From IMG/VR virus record IMGVR_UViG_3300031993_000016: a stretch of 64,000 nt of DNA. One strand, written 5' to 3'. Position numbers and translations under genes: made by a program. This stretch comes from a virus. Taxonomy: Duplodnaviria; Caudoviricetes. The notes below the pieces were generated by a model. It did no database searches. It saw only the letters and a program-made list of their open reading frames with translations, and was not told the origin of the DNA. Below are positions 20,520 to 32,000 of the stretch, in pieces. Each line of letters starts with the position of its first letter. Position 1 is the first letter of the stretch.

Positions 20520-20918
20520 TCAAGAACCTCGTACACACTTCGTAGTAGAAGCTTTCAGAGCATATGTCAGATACAGATTTGAGGCAGCACACCCACCGCA
20601 TGGATCATAGAATCGAATAGTGTTAGTAGATTTATTTGGATCAAATCCTGCTAAGAATGCTTCTGCAACTAATCGTTTGATAGCTACATTACGTCGTGGC
20701 TCACCTTCTTTATGAAGGTGCACATAAGCTGTTGATGTACCTGTATATATCGGAGTTAATAGTTTCCCCAATCGCTGCCAAGATTCGTTACGAAGCGAAC
20801 CGTCTTTTCGAGTAACACCGATAACATGTGTAAGCCTAGGAAGAGATCTAACTCGACCTAAATTACTAACTTGATAGTAACCCTCATACCCCATTATATC
20901 TTTCCACACCTCATTCAT
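20520..20918 (-). CDS. NUMOD4 protein, degenerate HNH
   Basis: EVWKDIMGYEGYYQVSNLGRVRS; HNH residues absent. Confidence 0.75.
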   Translation of the reverse strand: MNEVWKDIMGYEGYYQVSNLGRVRSLPRLTHVIGVTRKDGSLRNESWQRLGKLLTPIYTGTSTAYVHLHKEGEPRRNVAIKRLVAEAFLAGFDPNKSTNTIRFYDPCGGCAASNLYLTYALKASTTKCVRGS

Positions 20919-20933
20919 ACCATAAAGTACCTC

Positions 20934-21410
20934 CTATGTGTCGTTACTATGACGCTGCTGATATGCTTGAATTAATTCATCTAAGTTATACTGCATTGTT
21001 TGAATTTCGATTTTATGTTTCACATCAGCTCGTATTCCTTGTATATCCTCTAGATATCTATCTTTAGCATGCATCCATGCTCTATAATCTTTGTCTATCT
21101 GTGTTTCCTTATAACGCTGTTCCAATTTCTCTACCCACTGATCTTTTAAATCTTCATTAGGGTAGATTCCAACTATGTGTTGGAATGACTCTCTCAGAAG
21201 CTGCCGAACTTCTTTATGGCTGCTTACAAATACATCGTAACCTTGCCTAGACAGACCTACAGCTATTCCACAATAAGGCTTATACCATTCAGTAATGTAT
21301 ATATCAGGTTTCGGTGCATAATAGAAGTCAGATGAGTCTAGGTCAATGAATTTGAAATTCTTTGCAGATAATGACGATTTACCAATACCTGCATATCCTA
21401 TAAAAATCAT
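20934..21410 (-). CDS. P-loop nucleotide kinase-like protein
   Basis: IFIGYAGIGKSS, IDLDSSDF. Confidence 0.65.
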   Translation of the reverse strand: MIFIGYAGIGKSSLSAKNFKFIDLDSSDFYYAPKPDIYITEWYKPYCGIAVGLSRQGYDVFVSSHKEVRQLLRESFQHIVGIYPNEDLKDQWVEKLEQRYKETQIDKDYRAWMHAKDRYLEDIQGIRADVKHKIEIQTMQYNLDELIQAYQQRHSNDT

Positions 21411-21652
21411 TCATTATCACCTCGCCGGCTTTCTAATATATTATCTATGTACATCTGTAGCTCGATGAGCTCTTCTGTAGATATTTTGCGAAGCTGCATA
21501 GTATTGGGCAATATAATTAATCTATCATGACCATCAATGGCATTTTCCAATGAATGTGCTAGTGCGTGCAGATCATCACCAGATACTTCACCTAATTCAT
21601 AGTTCAACACATATAAATTACCAGAATCTTGTAATACATTATTGTTTTTCAT
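21407..21652 (-). CDS. Hypothetical protein
   Basis: 81 aa ORF in operon. Confidence 0.5.
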   Translation of the reverse strand: MKNNNVLQDSGNLYVLNYELGEVSGDDLHALAHSLENAIDGHDRLIILPNTMQLRKISTEELIELQMYIDNILESRRGDNE

Positions 21653-21655
21653 ATG

Positions 21656-22438
21656 CTACTCTCCATATTTACATTCTAACACAAACTTTGCAAGTACTGC
21701 ATGCGCAGCTATTCTAGATCTAACAAGATCGTCAACAGCTTGTATAGCATAATGACGCACACGAATTGAATCACTTGCACCTATTATGAAATTAAATACA
21801 AACTGTATGTTAGTTTCGGTATTATCCTCATAATGACCTAGCTGCCACACTATATTAGATGTAGTATCCTTAAACTGTAACAATGGTATAAGTGTCTGAT
21901 AATATGCAAGTTGATCGGAAGTCAACTTATACACATATTCAACGTCATTTAATGTTTTAACACCTTTCCAAGCAAGCTGCTGAGATAGTCGATTATATTT
22001 TACAGTATCAATTAACTGTGCATAGTCGATAACATCGCGATCTATAGGTGTTGAAACGGTGACGCAAGTACTTCTACTTATAATAGTATCAGGTACTTTG
22101 TATCTGTTACGACATGTCACTACAATATAAACGTTAGATGTAGGCTCCTCTAAAAACTTAAGTAATGTATAGGAAGCAGCAGGTACACCGGTATCTAAGT
22201 TTTCAATACAAAACAGTACCGGCGAAGTTAAATCATAACTAGCATCAAGCGTGCTACGTATGTCCTGTACTGTTGGGGATATAGATGCAAAATCCATGAT
22301 ATCGAGCATCTTACCATATTCTTTTGCTAACATAGATTTACCACAACCTACATTGCCTTCAATCAACACACTATGCCTGTCTGCAGCTGCAAGCAGCTGT
22401 AATTCTTTTATTGCAGATTCTTGAAATGTTAAATTCAT
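21656..22438 (-). CDS. holB: Clamp loader delta-prime-like subunit
   Basis: GNVGCGKS, LLKFLEEP, TIISR. Confidence 0.75.
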   Translation of the reverse strand: MNLTFQESAIKELQLLAAADRHSVLIEGNVGCGKSMLAKEYGKMLDIMDFASISPTVQDIRSTLDASYDLTSPVLFCIENLDTGVPAASYTLLKFLEEPTSNVYIVVTCRNRYKVPDTIISRSTCVTVSTPIDRDVIDYAQLIDTVKYNRLSQQLAWKGVKTLNDVEYVYKLTSDQLAYYQTLIPLLQFKDTTSNIVWQLGHYEDNTETNIQFVFNFIIGASDSIRVRHYAIQAVDDLVRSRIAAHAVLAKFVLECKYGE

Positions 22439-23367
22439 GTTGCTGCCTCCATAGCTTCTACACTCGGGACTGTCTGAAATTTGAGTAAGCTAAATAAGTA
22501 TATCAAACTGTTTGATATATCTGTAGAATATGTTCTAGACTTCTTAAGTTCTTCATAAGTATTCATAAACATGTTGTAGATATCTTCTTTAGTCCACCGT
22601 TTCGCATACTCTCGAAGATTAGACGATGCTTGAGTATTGGAAGTTATTTTATCTAGCTCTAGCATAGTTGAAAGTATTGTATAATAGACTCCATCAACTT
22701 CTGTATAGTTCTGAATCAATTGATTGAGGTATGTAAAATTTCGACTAGCTATGCCTACCTTAATTTGATCTTCTGTAGATATATCCAATTTACCGAACAG
22801 CTTCATAATGGCCTTATCTGGTAAAGCAAATAGCTCTTCTGGAGCTACAGCAGACATGCATGCACACATGTTCTGCGCATCATTATAATCATTTGCATAC
22901 TGTGCAGCTAGGTTTATTAACTTATCAGGTAAATGTGGAAAATCTGTATGCAAGTATTTTACTTTAAATTGTAAACTAACTGCATCAATTCGAACAGTGT
23001 AATTAGGTAAGAATTTATCTAACTTAGCAAGATGCTTTTCATTTTCATATAAGCATACTGCAGTACCTATTATCTTTAATGACTTGATCTTAGACGCAAC
23101 AACTTCTGTCAACGTTGATACCAGATTCTCGTCATATCTACATATGTACAATGCAGGCTTCAGGGGTATGATATGTTTAGTAGACATAGTGTTAATTAAT
23201 TCAGCAAAGCTTTGAATCTCTATAACATTATCATTGTAATGTTGTGCAAGCATTGAAAGATACTTCTTCTTAATACCATATTCGGTACCACCAAATATAT
23301 AAAAGGATTTTGGATTATTGTTTAGAATTTCACTACCAACTTCTTGTATTGTCCTCAAGATTATCAC
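22435..23367 (-). CDS. Clamp loader delta-like subunit
   Basis: FYIFGGTEYGIKKKY N-terminus typical of HolA; size and position beside holB. Confidence 0.55.
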   Translation of the reverse strand: MIILRTIQEVGSEILNNNPKSFYIFGGTEYGIKKKYLSMLAQHYNDNVIEIQSFAELINTMSTKHIIPLKPALYICRYDENLVSTLTEVVASKIKSLKIIGTAVCLYENEKHLAKLDKFLPNYTVRIDAVSLQFKVKYLHTDFPHLPDKLINLAAQYANDYNDAQNMCACMSAVAPEELFALPDKAIMKLFGKLDISTEDQIKVGIASRNFTYLNQLIQNYTEVDGVYYTILSTMLELDKITSNTQASSNLREYAKRWTKEDIYNMFMNTYEELKKSRTYSTDISNSLIYLFSLLKFQTVPSVEAMEAAT

Positions 23368-23368
23368 C

Positions 23369-23875
23369 TCAATCTATCAGTGCGTAGAATGTATCTATTG
23401 GAGTTAATAATACTTTATAATTTCCTAGATCTAAAGAATATAATGTGTGCGGAGGTGTTTGCATCATCAACTCCACATGAGAAAATGAAATTGTATTACC
23501 AACCCTATAAGGATATGGTTTAATAACGAAGTTAGATGACACATCACGAGTTAGTATCATGACCCAAGTGTGGGCTATTTTCTGTGAACCATCATCTACA
23601 AAATATGCAGGTTGTTTGAATTTAGCAGAAGCTTCACCTACAATCTTATTAAGTATCTTAGAATCAAACATAATTGGCTGATAAGGCTTAGTATGTGTTT
23701 TACACTCACCTAACCATTTGTCAGATTCAACATCGCCTGTAACTAGTGGTCTAGCCCCACTACCTGTTACTTGATGCCAATCTAAATAATTAGCAATTGT
23801 CTTTTCTTGTTTATCACTGTATTCTTTATTATTCGTCATATTCATCAGCCTCATCGACAACAGGATTGCCTTCAA
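23369..23875 (-). CDS. PD-(D/E)XK Holliday junction resolvase-like nuclease
   Basis: QEK.IA..L...GSGA...GDV....LGECKT. Confidence 0.65.
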   Translation of the reverse strand: MKAILLSMRLMNMTNNKEYSDKQEKTIANYLDWHQVTGSGARPLVTGDVESDKWLGECKTHTKPYQPIMFDSKILNKIVGEASAKFKQPAYFVDDGSQKIAHTWVMILTRDVSSNFVIKPYPYRVGNTISFSHVELMMQTPPHTLYSLDLGNYKVLLTPIDTFYALID

Positions 23876-24998
23876 TATCTGCCATGATTACATCCTGTAA
23901 CTTCTTGAAATAATCTGGATTAAGCTGTAAATAATCGAGTACTTTAGCCATGCCTTGTACTCTAATAGCTTTTCCAGTTTCATCTACGATTGCTTCCTTA
24001 GTTGACGGATCTAATATAGAATACCAAGCCCCAGATTTTGTAATTATTTGATATTTATTAACTGCAAGATCTGCAAAATCCATATCAATACGAATACCAG
24101 ACTGCGCCATCAAGTGATATGAAGCATTTTTTCTGTCAAATGATGCAGATTTCTGCTTAGTAAGTCTCACATTTATAATATATCCTGCAGGATTTTCTGC
24201 GCTCTGTGGAAGCTCATTACCTAAGAAATCTACCGGAGAACCTATTCTGAATCGCATTATTAATGAAGCATAGAATTTAAGTGCTCTACCGCCTGGCATG
24301 TTTTCTATATACGGATTGTCTAGATTATCACGATTCTGATTAATCATAAGAAGCGTGCAATTGTAACGAGTAAGTATAGGTATAATCTTCCTACAGAATA
24401 CTGTCATCAATCCTGCTAATGCTGCTACAGTACGCTCTCCAAGTTTTTTCTCTAACTCAGCTTTAGGCACAAGTGATGGTATACTGTCTAAAACAGCTAA
24501 ACCTATTTCGCCTGTTTCAATCAGAGATTTAAGTGCTTCTAGTTCCTCTTCAGCGTGCACATCAGGGGGTTGCATAATATCAATGGAACCTTCATCAATG
24601 CCTAGCACAGATGCCCAAAATGCATCAAAAGTATGCTCAAGGTCTAGATAAAATACCTTTTTCGGACCGCGTTCTTCGAGATCTTCAATTTCAGCAGCTA
24701 ACTGTTTCTGACCATTTGCATACTTAGTCCTAAGATCACTGAGCTGCGCATCAAATTCTTCATCAAATATCTTTTTAGCATTTTTGCAAATATCGGCAGC
24801 ACTGGTACTCTTACCTCCGCCTGGATCTCCGAAGAATACTGTGAGTTTGTTCCTAGGTATTCCGCCATATGTTGCATAATTCAAAAGAGGACTGGAAAAA
24901 GGGATTTTAGGCCCCCGTTCTGCCTTAGCACCGTCCATCAAACCAGGGCAGTTCCAGTCCTTTTTAAGCTTATTAATAATACTTTCATAAGATGACAT
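23829..24998 (-). CDS. recA: RecA recombinase
   Basis: GGIPR, GDPGGGKST, VLDSI, INQNR, PGGRALKFYAS. Confidence 0.93.
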   Translation of the reverse strand: MSSYESIINKLKKDWNCPGLMDGAKAERGPKIPFSSPLLNYATYGGIPRNKLTVFFGDPGGGKSTSAADICKNAKKIFDEEFDAQLSDLRTKYANGQKQLAAEIEDLEERGPKKVFYLDLEHTFDAFWASVLGIDEGSIDIMQPPDVHAEEELEALKSLIETGEIGLAVLDSIPSLVPKAELEKKLGERTVAALAGLMTVFCRKIIPILTRYNCTLLMINQNRDNLDNPYIENMPGGRALKFYASLIMRFRIGSPVDFLGNELPQSAENPAGYIINVRLTKQKSASFDRKNASYHLMAQSGIRIDMDFADLAVNKYQIITKSGAWYSILDPSTKEAIVDETGKAIRVQGMAKVLDYLQLNPDYFKKLQDVIMADIEGNPVVDEADEYDE

Positions 24999-25039
24999 AG
25001 TCTATCTCCTTTCAACAGGTCTCTGTATATATAACGATT

Positions 25040-25651
25040 TTACTTGACATACTGTTGTCGATTATATTCAGGTAGTTCAGGTGTAACCGGTTCAACTGGA
25101 TTAACTGCTTCACCTGCTCTACGAGAATCCCATATCTTCTTAGACCCCATTATAAGTTCTTTAGAAAATGTTTGCTCATTCTCTACTCGAGTAATTACAG
25201 AAGTGTATGCTGCTAAAAGTATCTCATATTCGATTAAGCTTTCACTTATTTTATGAGATACATGTTCTTGTGTTTCTACTTTATTCATAGCTAGTGCAGC
25301 TGCTTCAGCAACAGCTTGAGTACGAATTGCCTCTACCTTCTCCTTGTTCTTGAGCTTCACAACTTGTGCATCAAGTCGAAGCTTATTTAAATTTTCAGCT
25401 ACACTTATGAGCTCCATAGGGAATAATGTAAGTATATATTCAAGTTCTTCATCAGTAATAGGCTGTATTTCAGATTTTAATCTAGTATACAAGTACTTAA
25501 CTTGAGTAAAGTGTTCAGCAAACAAGTTATCATATAGTTCATCACAGAAGTTTTTGATAACAGCGGAATCACTTTCGTATTCTTCAATTACTTTATATAG
25601 ATCAGACATATCAACTCTCCTTTTTAGGTACGCATAAATAAGTAATTGCAA
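25040..25651 (-). CDS. Hypothetical coiled-coil protein (possible recombination mediator)
   Basis: Helical protein between dnaX and recA; function inferred from synteny only. Confidence 0.45.
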   Translation of the reverse strand: MQLLIYAYLKRRVDMSDLYKVIEEYESDSAVIKNFCDELYDNLFAEHFTQVKYLYTRLKSEIQPITDEELEYILTLFPMELISVAENLNKLRLDAQVVKLKNKEKVEAIRTQAVAEAAALAMNKVETQEHVSHKISESLIEYEILLAAYTSVITRVENEQTFSKELIMGSKKIWDSRRAGEAVNPVEPVTPELPEYNRQQYVK

Positions 25652-27092
25652 TCTCTTGCAGATATTGAGTAGTCTTCAATTCAGCATTGAGTTTAAGTAA
25701 CTTATTAGCAAGCTTTAAGCATATCAAGCTGTGTTTAGGTCCATAAGGGGCAACCTTCTCTGCGTAATGTGCTGGTATCATAGTTGCTTCAATATCTTGC
25801 ATGAATATGTATTTCACTATGTTTATTACAAATGCGTGGAAGCCTTCAAACCACTTGACAAAATTAACCCCAGAATTGTAGACGGTATGGATTATTTTAG
25901 CAATCGCTTCATTATCGTGTTTGGCATATGCAGATAATAATGTAAAATAATCATCATATTGAGGTAAATTAAGTGCTTCTACTAATCCTTCTGAAGTTAT
26001 ATGTGTGCTGTATGCAAGTGCTTTATCTAAAAGTGTAAGGGCGTCACGCATACCACCATTTGCTAGCTTCGCAATGTAACTGATTGCAGAATCTTCATAA
26101 GTAATATCACGACCTTCTTTATTCTCGCAATCAATAACATATTTAAGTCGATTAATGATACCGTCTAGGCTGATCTTAGATAGCTGAAATGTTTGAACTC
26201 TTGAAGTGATTGTTGCAGGTATTTTTTCAGGATTTGTAGTAGCAAAAAGAAATATAGATTTAGCAGGGCTTTCTTCCAATACCTTCAAAGCAGACTGCCA
26301 TGCCGCAGATGATAGTGCATGCGATTCATCAATTATAAATATCTTATAATTCATACCAATTGGATATGTCTGTGCCTGCTCAACAATACTTCGCATCTTG
26401 TCTACACCGCTGTTTGACGCTGCATCAATTTCAATCGGCTCACCTTTACCTTCATTCAATACATTAGCAATTATACGACAAGTAGTTGTATTATGCGTCG
26501 GTATAAATCCATCAGAAACATAAGTATGATCAGGATGGTCGATGTAGATACACTGACAAGATTCGTTACCAACATATCTTATATCAACAATATGTCGTTG
26601 TTCTAAACACGAAGGAGCATCAAAATGCCACTTAGTTAAGTTTGCATTAGGTATAGTTATTGTGTGTCCGCGATCAAACTGAGCTATTAAGCAATCAGTA
26701 GTAATAACATGCTCTACACCATCAATGCAAACTAAATTTAAATGATTATCTGCAACTCGAATCACACACTCATCATGTAGCGTAATTGCATAAATGGGCC
26801 GTTCACCTTGCGGAAATACACCACTGACCTTGCCTGTATCGCCGGAATGCGTAATTACTTCTGTACCTATCTTTACATCTTGCATTTCAATGAACCCTGA
26901 CGGTGTAAGTACTTTACTATCTAGAGGCTGAGCTTTACCGGTCCCCGCAGGTCCAATAAATAAAAAGTTTCTACAATTAAGATTTTTATCTTCGCATAAC
27001 TTTCTAACCATGTTGACTACCAACTTCTGTTCTACCATATCATCGAAAGTTGCAGGACGATATTTGTTTGCTAAATTGCCTAGATTTGCCAT
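25611..27092 (-). CDS. dnaX: Clamp loader gamma/tau subunit, intein-containing
   Basis: LANKYRPATF, GPAGTGK[intein]TT, EIDAASNSGVD, IIDE, TITSR, GGMRDAL. Confidence 0.92.
   Translation of the reverse strand: MANLGNLANKYRPATFDDMVEQKLVVNMVRKLCEDKNLNCRNFLFIGPAGTGKAQPLDSKVLTPSGFIEMQDVKIGTEVITHSGDTGKVSGVFPQGERPIYAITLHDECVIRVADNHLNLVCIDGVEHVITTDCLIAQFDRGHTITIPNANLTKWHFDAPSCLEQRHIVDIRYVGNESCQCIYIDHPDHTYVSDGFIPTHNTTTCRIIANVLNEGKGEPIEIDAASNSGVDKMRSIVEQAQTYPIGMNYKIFIIDESHALSSAAWQSALKVLEESPAKSIFLFATTNPEKIPATITSRVQTFQLSKISLDGIINRLKYVIDCENKEGRDITYEDSAISYIAKLANGGMRDALTLLDKALAYSTHITSEGLVEALNLPQYDDYFTLLSAYAKHDNEAIAKIIHTVYNSGVNFVKWFEGFHAFVINIVKYIFMQDIEATMIPAHYAEKVAPYGPKHSLICLKLANKLLKLNAELKTTQYLQEIAITYLCVPKKES
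26490..26933 (-). mobile_element. Ala1 mini-intein (148 aa) in DnaX Walker A
   Basis: Begins AQPLDSKVLTP, ends CQCIYID...FIPTHN/T; no endonuclease domain. Confidence 0.88.
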
Positions 27093-27104
27093 ATATTATA
27101 GCTC

Positions 27105-27890
27105 CTATCTGCCATATTCGGCACATTTATTGTAATATGGACACATTGAAATCGTACACCATGGATCACCTTTAGGTAATGGATCTGGTGCTAGATTTTT
27201 ATCAACCATATCTATTACATACTTAAAACGATTTTTCACTTCCAACATATCTTGATCAGTTACATGTACTTCATAACATTTAAATCCACCATATTGCCTA
27301 TCTTGGTACATGAATAGTACGTCATGTATGTTAAGCAGGGTTGCATAACATTTTATTTGGTCTATATGTTGCAGTTTTGGATCTGTTAAATCGTTCCAGG
27401 AACTAAATTCAGATGTTTTGATTTCTAACAAGTAAATCTTATTATTCCATCGTACTAGTCCATCACATGCAAACATTATTGGTGGATCTATTATATGTAT
27501 CTGACATTCTAAGTCGTCAGCAGTTGAATCAATTATATATTCATACTCAGGTTTTAGATCTTCTAGATAATCTGATACAGACAACCAATCATCTTTAAGC
27601 ATTGATTTAAGATTAGTTTGGATTATTCTATGACATGCTGTGCCGATTTCAGCACTGAAGTTAAGCACCAAATCAGGTTCTTTTACAATATCAGGTTGAA
27701 CTCCACGTAATCTAAACCAGGATTTTCGATTACAACGAAATGCAGACCCTGCAAAGGTTTGATGTGAGGGCTCAGAGAGATCTTCACGAATCTGATCTTT
27801 GATATAGTTTTCGTAGTTATCTAAAAATTCTGAGCTTATCGCAGAGTTAAATCTTGCAAGATGGTCTGCGTTCCATTGTTTAAATGCCAT
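27105..27890 (-). CDS. Cas4-like PD-(D/E)XK exonuclease
   Basis: RCNRK, GTACH, CDG, EIKT, QIKCY, C-terminal WC..CPYYNKC. Confidence 0.8.
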   Translation of the reverse strand: MAFKQWNADHLARFNSAISSEFLDNYENYIKDQIREDLSEPSHQTFAGSAFRCNRKSWFRLRGVQPDIVKEPDLVLNFSAEIGTACHRIIQTNLKSMLKDDWLSVSDYLEDLKPEYEYIIDSTADDLECQIHIIDPPIMFACDGLVRWNNKIYLLEIKTSEFSSWNDLTDPKLQHIDQIKCYATLLNIHDVLFMYQDRQYGGFKCYEVHVTDQDMLEVKNRFKYVIDMVDKNLAPDPLPKGDPWCTISMCPYYNKCAEYGR

Positions 27891-27891
27891 G

Positions 27892-29052
27892 TTATTCTAC
27901 TCCTGCTACAACTGTAGTCAAATCGTTGTTCCATACAATGATACCTGTAATCTCTGTTTCACCAGTATCTTCATCAAAACGCGATGACGAGCAGATCTGT
28001 ATAGTATCATCAGTATAGTTGCTAAGTACCTGTTTAAGCAGATCTAGCTTGAAATCAAGTGAAAACTGAATATTATTATCACCATCACCGGCAATCTGAC
28101 CATCTACATTCTTATCTCTGAGATATACAGTACGATTATCTACAGATAATTTGATAGTATCATCAGAAGATGTTGAAAGCAACAGTGCCTGATTAAGTAA
28201 CTTAGTAATAGCAGCTGTTGAAATCTTAATGCTGTTTGCAGGTCGCTGCATAGCTTCAAGTATCATACTAGAACTATAATCCCCTACACCATCATCTGAT
28301 TCGTAGAATGGACTAAACTGTGTTATGTAAGAATAGCTATCAGCCGATATCTGAATTACATAATCCTTATCAACTTTAGATAATTTAGCACCGTCAGGTA
28401 AGGAATTGAATAAGTTAATAATTGTATCAGATACTAAACAAGTACTTCCAAGCTTGTTCTTATTAGAATGTGTGAATAATCCGATATCAATATTACCTAC
28501 AAGTACATCACCTGATTCACCGAGCCATACCTTTGTATACACTGGATGAACAAATGCCATTGAGATTGCATACATCTGATTATCTTTGATGAACTTCCAA
28601 TCAGCTTTATCAATATCAATAGCAGTAGCCGAAGCATCCGGTACTACCGGTGATTTGAGCTCAAATTCTGTACTGTCAATCATCTTCGGCAAAGTAAATT
28701 TGGATTTACCAGAATGAATAGTTAGACCACTTTCTGAAAACTCTAAAGTTACCGTTGAGGAGTCTAAAGTGCTTATTAACTGCTTCAAGAGCAAACTATC
28801 TACAAATATTGTAGCAGAATTACTCTCACCAGAACCTTCACCAGAACCTTTGAGCTGAATCTCAGTACAGATATTAGCAGCTTCTATGTTTATTTTAAGT
28901 GTAGTAGAATCTGCACTAACCTGTACTACGCAACTTTTCTTATGAAAATTGGAAACATTAGAATTAACAATTCCAAGATTCAAAGAATCTGAAAGCGGTT
29001 TTGTGTTTGTTGTAAATTTCATATGCTTATCTCCTTTATGGATATATTTCAC
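27892..29052 (-). CDS. dnaN: Bacterial-type beta sliding clamp (probable start MKFTT at 29022)
   Basis: MKFT start, about 376 aa three-domain pattern (SGKSKFTLP, LFNSLP, LKQVL); adjacent to polymerase and clamp loader. Confidence 0.7.
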   Translation of the reverse strand: MKYIHKGDKHMKFTTNTKPLSDSLNLGIVNSNVSNFHKKSCVVQVSADSTTLKINIEAANICTEIQLKGSGEGSGESNSATIFVDSLLLKQLISTLDSSTVTLEFSESGLTIHSGKSKFTLPKMIDSTEFELKSPVVPDASATAIDIDKADWKFIKDNQMYAISMAFVHPVYTKVWLGESGDVLVGNIDIGLFTHSNKNKLGSTCLVSDTIINLFNSLPDGAKLSKVDKDYVIQISADSYSYITQFSPFYESDDGVGDYSSSMILEAMQRPANSIKISTAAITKLLNQALLLSTSSDDTIKLSVDNRTVYLRDKNVDGQIAGDGDNNIQFSLDFKLDLLKQVLSNYTDDTIQICSSSRFDEDTGETEITGIIVWNNDLTTVVAGVE

Positions 29053-29055
29053 TTA

Positions 29056-32000
29056 CTATAACGATTCTCCATAGATTACTTTATGTTCTATATGCTCAAT
29101 AAACTGAATATCTGATTCAATGTGATAGCGTCGTTTATAGTCTTCAATAGCTGCAAAATACTCATCACTTTCAATACCATTAACACCTAATGCTGCATCA
29201 CCCCTAGGCTTCTCACCATTTTCATCTTTATATACAGGCAATATGTATTCATTCTCGTACAGCTGATATTGAACCCATTTAATCTCTTCTGGACTTAAAT
29301 TTTCTAGAGATTCAGGTTTTGGATATTTACAAGGATATTCTAATCCATACCATCTAAGTGTTGTTGTTACGTCGCACGTCATGTTAAATGGCAAGAAAGA
29401 AGCAGCTTCAATCATACATCTACTTAGTATCTCTCCACCTTCTTTCCAATGTTCTATAGGAACTTCACAGCATAACTCATCGTGAATTGGTGTAAGCAAA
29501 CGCCCCCCAATACGTAACCAATCAGGGTCGTTACATAAGTTTAGTATGGCAAGTTTTGACATATCAGCTGCACTGCCCTGGATAATCGAATTCAATATCT
29601 GTCTAGTAGCGTCTTGTATTTTAGATCGATTGTTAATAACTTTAATATGTTCGCCATCATGTAATTGCTTCATTCTATTAGCAACTTGACCAAAGTACTT
29701 GTATCCTTTAAACTCCTTTAATAAGGATGCTTTTATTCTTTCAGGTATGTCTGATTTGTTTTTGAGTGTTTCTGGATCTAACGGATCTATATCAGGGTTT
29801 ACATATCCTGCAAGCGGTTTGAATTCGTATTCCGGCAATTGCATATCCGGAAGATGACGACGTCTGCCAAGTATTGTTTCCGTATATCCATGAGTTACTA
29901 CAAATTTTTGAGATGCTAACATTATTTTACGAAGACCTGGAAATGCATTCATAACAGAATCATATACTTTTTGAGCACCTTTGATCTTCTCTTCATCTGT
30001 CATATCATCTCTAGAATTATATAACTGTTCTGCAATTGACGGGATTGCACGCCCGTATGAAATTCCAAGCAAAATTGTTTTAGCTTCACCCCTTCGTGCC
30101 TTACCATCCGGTTGATATTCATGAGTATCTGGATGAAATTCGAGACATTTTTCATAAGGTACGTTAAATGCAAGGCTTGCAATACTTGCGTATATATCAC
30201 GATTCTGGATAAAAGAATCAAGCATACCTTTATCCCCTGACACAAATGCAGTTATTGCAGGTTCCTGTCGACTATAATCTGATGACAGCATAACATATCC
30301 AGGTGTTGCTCTAAACATATGTCGTATATCATGAGCATTAGATGGAATATTCATTACGTTCGGTTCACTCGAACTAAGACGACCTGTATTATGTGATATC
30401 ATACCATTACTTATGAAAGAATGAGTTTCCGGTACAACAAAATCATAAACATCATTAACAGAATGTTCAATCTTCTTGACCTTAACATAGAATGAATCAC
30501 CTACACGGCGATGCCAGTATTGATTTTTTACGCAAGGCTTTGTATCCTTTATCTTCTTAGTTTCTATAAAACCTATATGATCTCTAAAAAGCAGATAATT
30601 ATCTGCATTGAATACTAAGCAAAGAAACATATCCGTAACACCTTTAACATTATAAGAAATGTGCGAATATATACCTTGTGATATGAGATACTGCTGTACA
30701 AACCTAGCATCCTGTTCATTCAAAATAGACAATTCAAATGCTACACGCTCATTTTCATCTACATACACAGTTGAATCTAAGGTCATACCTTTGATGTATG
30801 CATTGATTACTGAAGACGGAGATTTATATATAGCATCAGGTATTTTTTTGTTTCTTGTACCGTGACATAATATGTGATCAAGATCTCGTAGTTGCATACA
30901 ATCTATGTAAGTTTCTACTTCGTGATTTTCACGTTGTTTTGCACATTGACATGTAGTAACATTAAATAAAGATTTTGCTAACTCGCTGTATCTAGTATAT
31001 ACATCAGGATCATCATTGGATAATGCTATAGTATATGTACCTTCTCTGCAAGCTGCGGAACCATCCGCATGATACATACCTAAAAATTCTGCAAATTCTT
31101 CATTAAAAATATCCGGTAACTGAGCTTCAACAGAAGTGTGGTTTCTTACAGCTGTTAGAACTAAGTTTGTCTGTTGGTAGGATCCAGTAACTTTAAAATT
31201 GCATGGAATTTCGATAAGATCATTAATCTTTAACTCGTCTAACTGTTTAAATCTTCGATCTTCCCATAGCGAATGCAATCTAGGATATTCACCTTTATAA
31301 TTATACATCAAATAAGATGAACGCTCACTTGCAGTGTATTTACTAACCATAATTGGGTGATTAGGTGTACCTTCTAAAACTAAGCCAAGTTCTGTAGTAA
31401 CTTTAATTGTAGATACATTATGATAGCACACGCAGTGCGATGCACTCTCTAAAGACTGATCTTTATTTATTATTTGTATGCCATGCACTTCTGCAAACTC
31501 ACCATCTGGTAAATCTATAACATTAGACTTATTTGTTAACTCTTCTATAGTATAGTATCCAGAATCGGTAGGTATAAGAGAATCCCCTGTAATGCAAGCT
31601 GCCCCAACGGAAGAGAATCTAGCATGAATTCGACTATCAGCTGTAGTTGCATTTGGCATCTTCTCTACAAATGTACTTATCAATACACCTAAACTTCGCA
31701 CTTTAAGTATCTGATTTGTGATTGGAAGATTCATCTCAGCTAATACAGTTTTATCTGTACTACCACCATTTTTACCTTGTGGTAAATTCATAACTGTATA
31801 TAAAAGATACTTAACGTGTGGGGGAGATTTTGGATTGAAAGTTGATCCGCTTGTAAACGGCTTTTTAGAAAATGCGGGAATTGTTGTAGATTTTGCTAAT
31901 TCATCATCTACCATAGCAGATAATATGTCCATTTCTGCTGCACGCTTCTTAGTGTAACGCTCAAGTAAAACCGGTGTGGTAGTCTTATCTACATACATGC

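Noticed and set aside
27105-27890. CRISPR-Cas system suggested by the Cas4-like gene and TnpB
   Set aside because: No repeat-spacer array or other cas genes seen; solo Cas4-like nucleases are common in phage replication modules.
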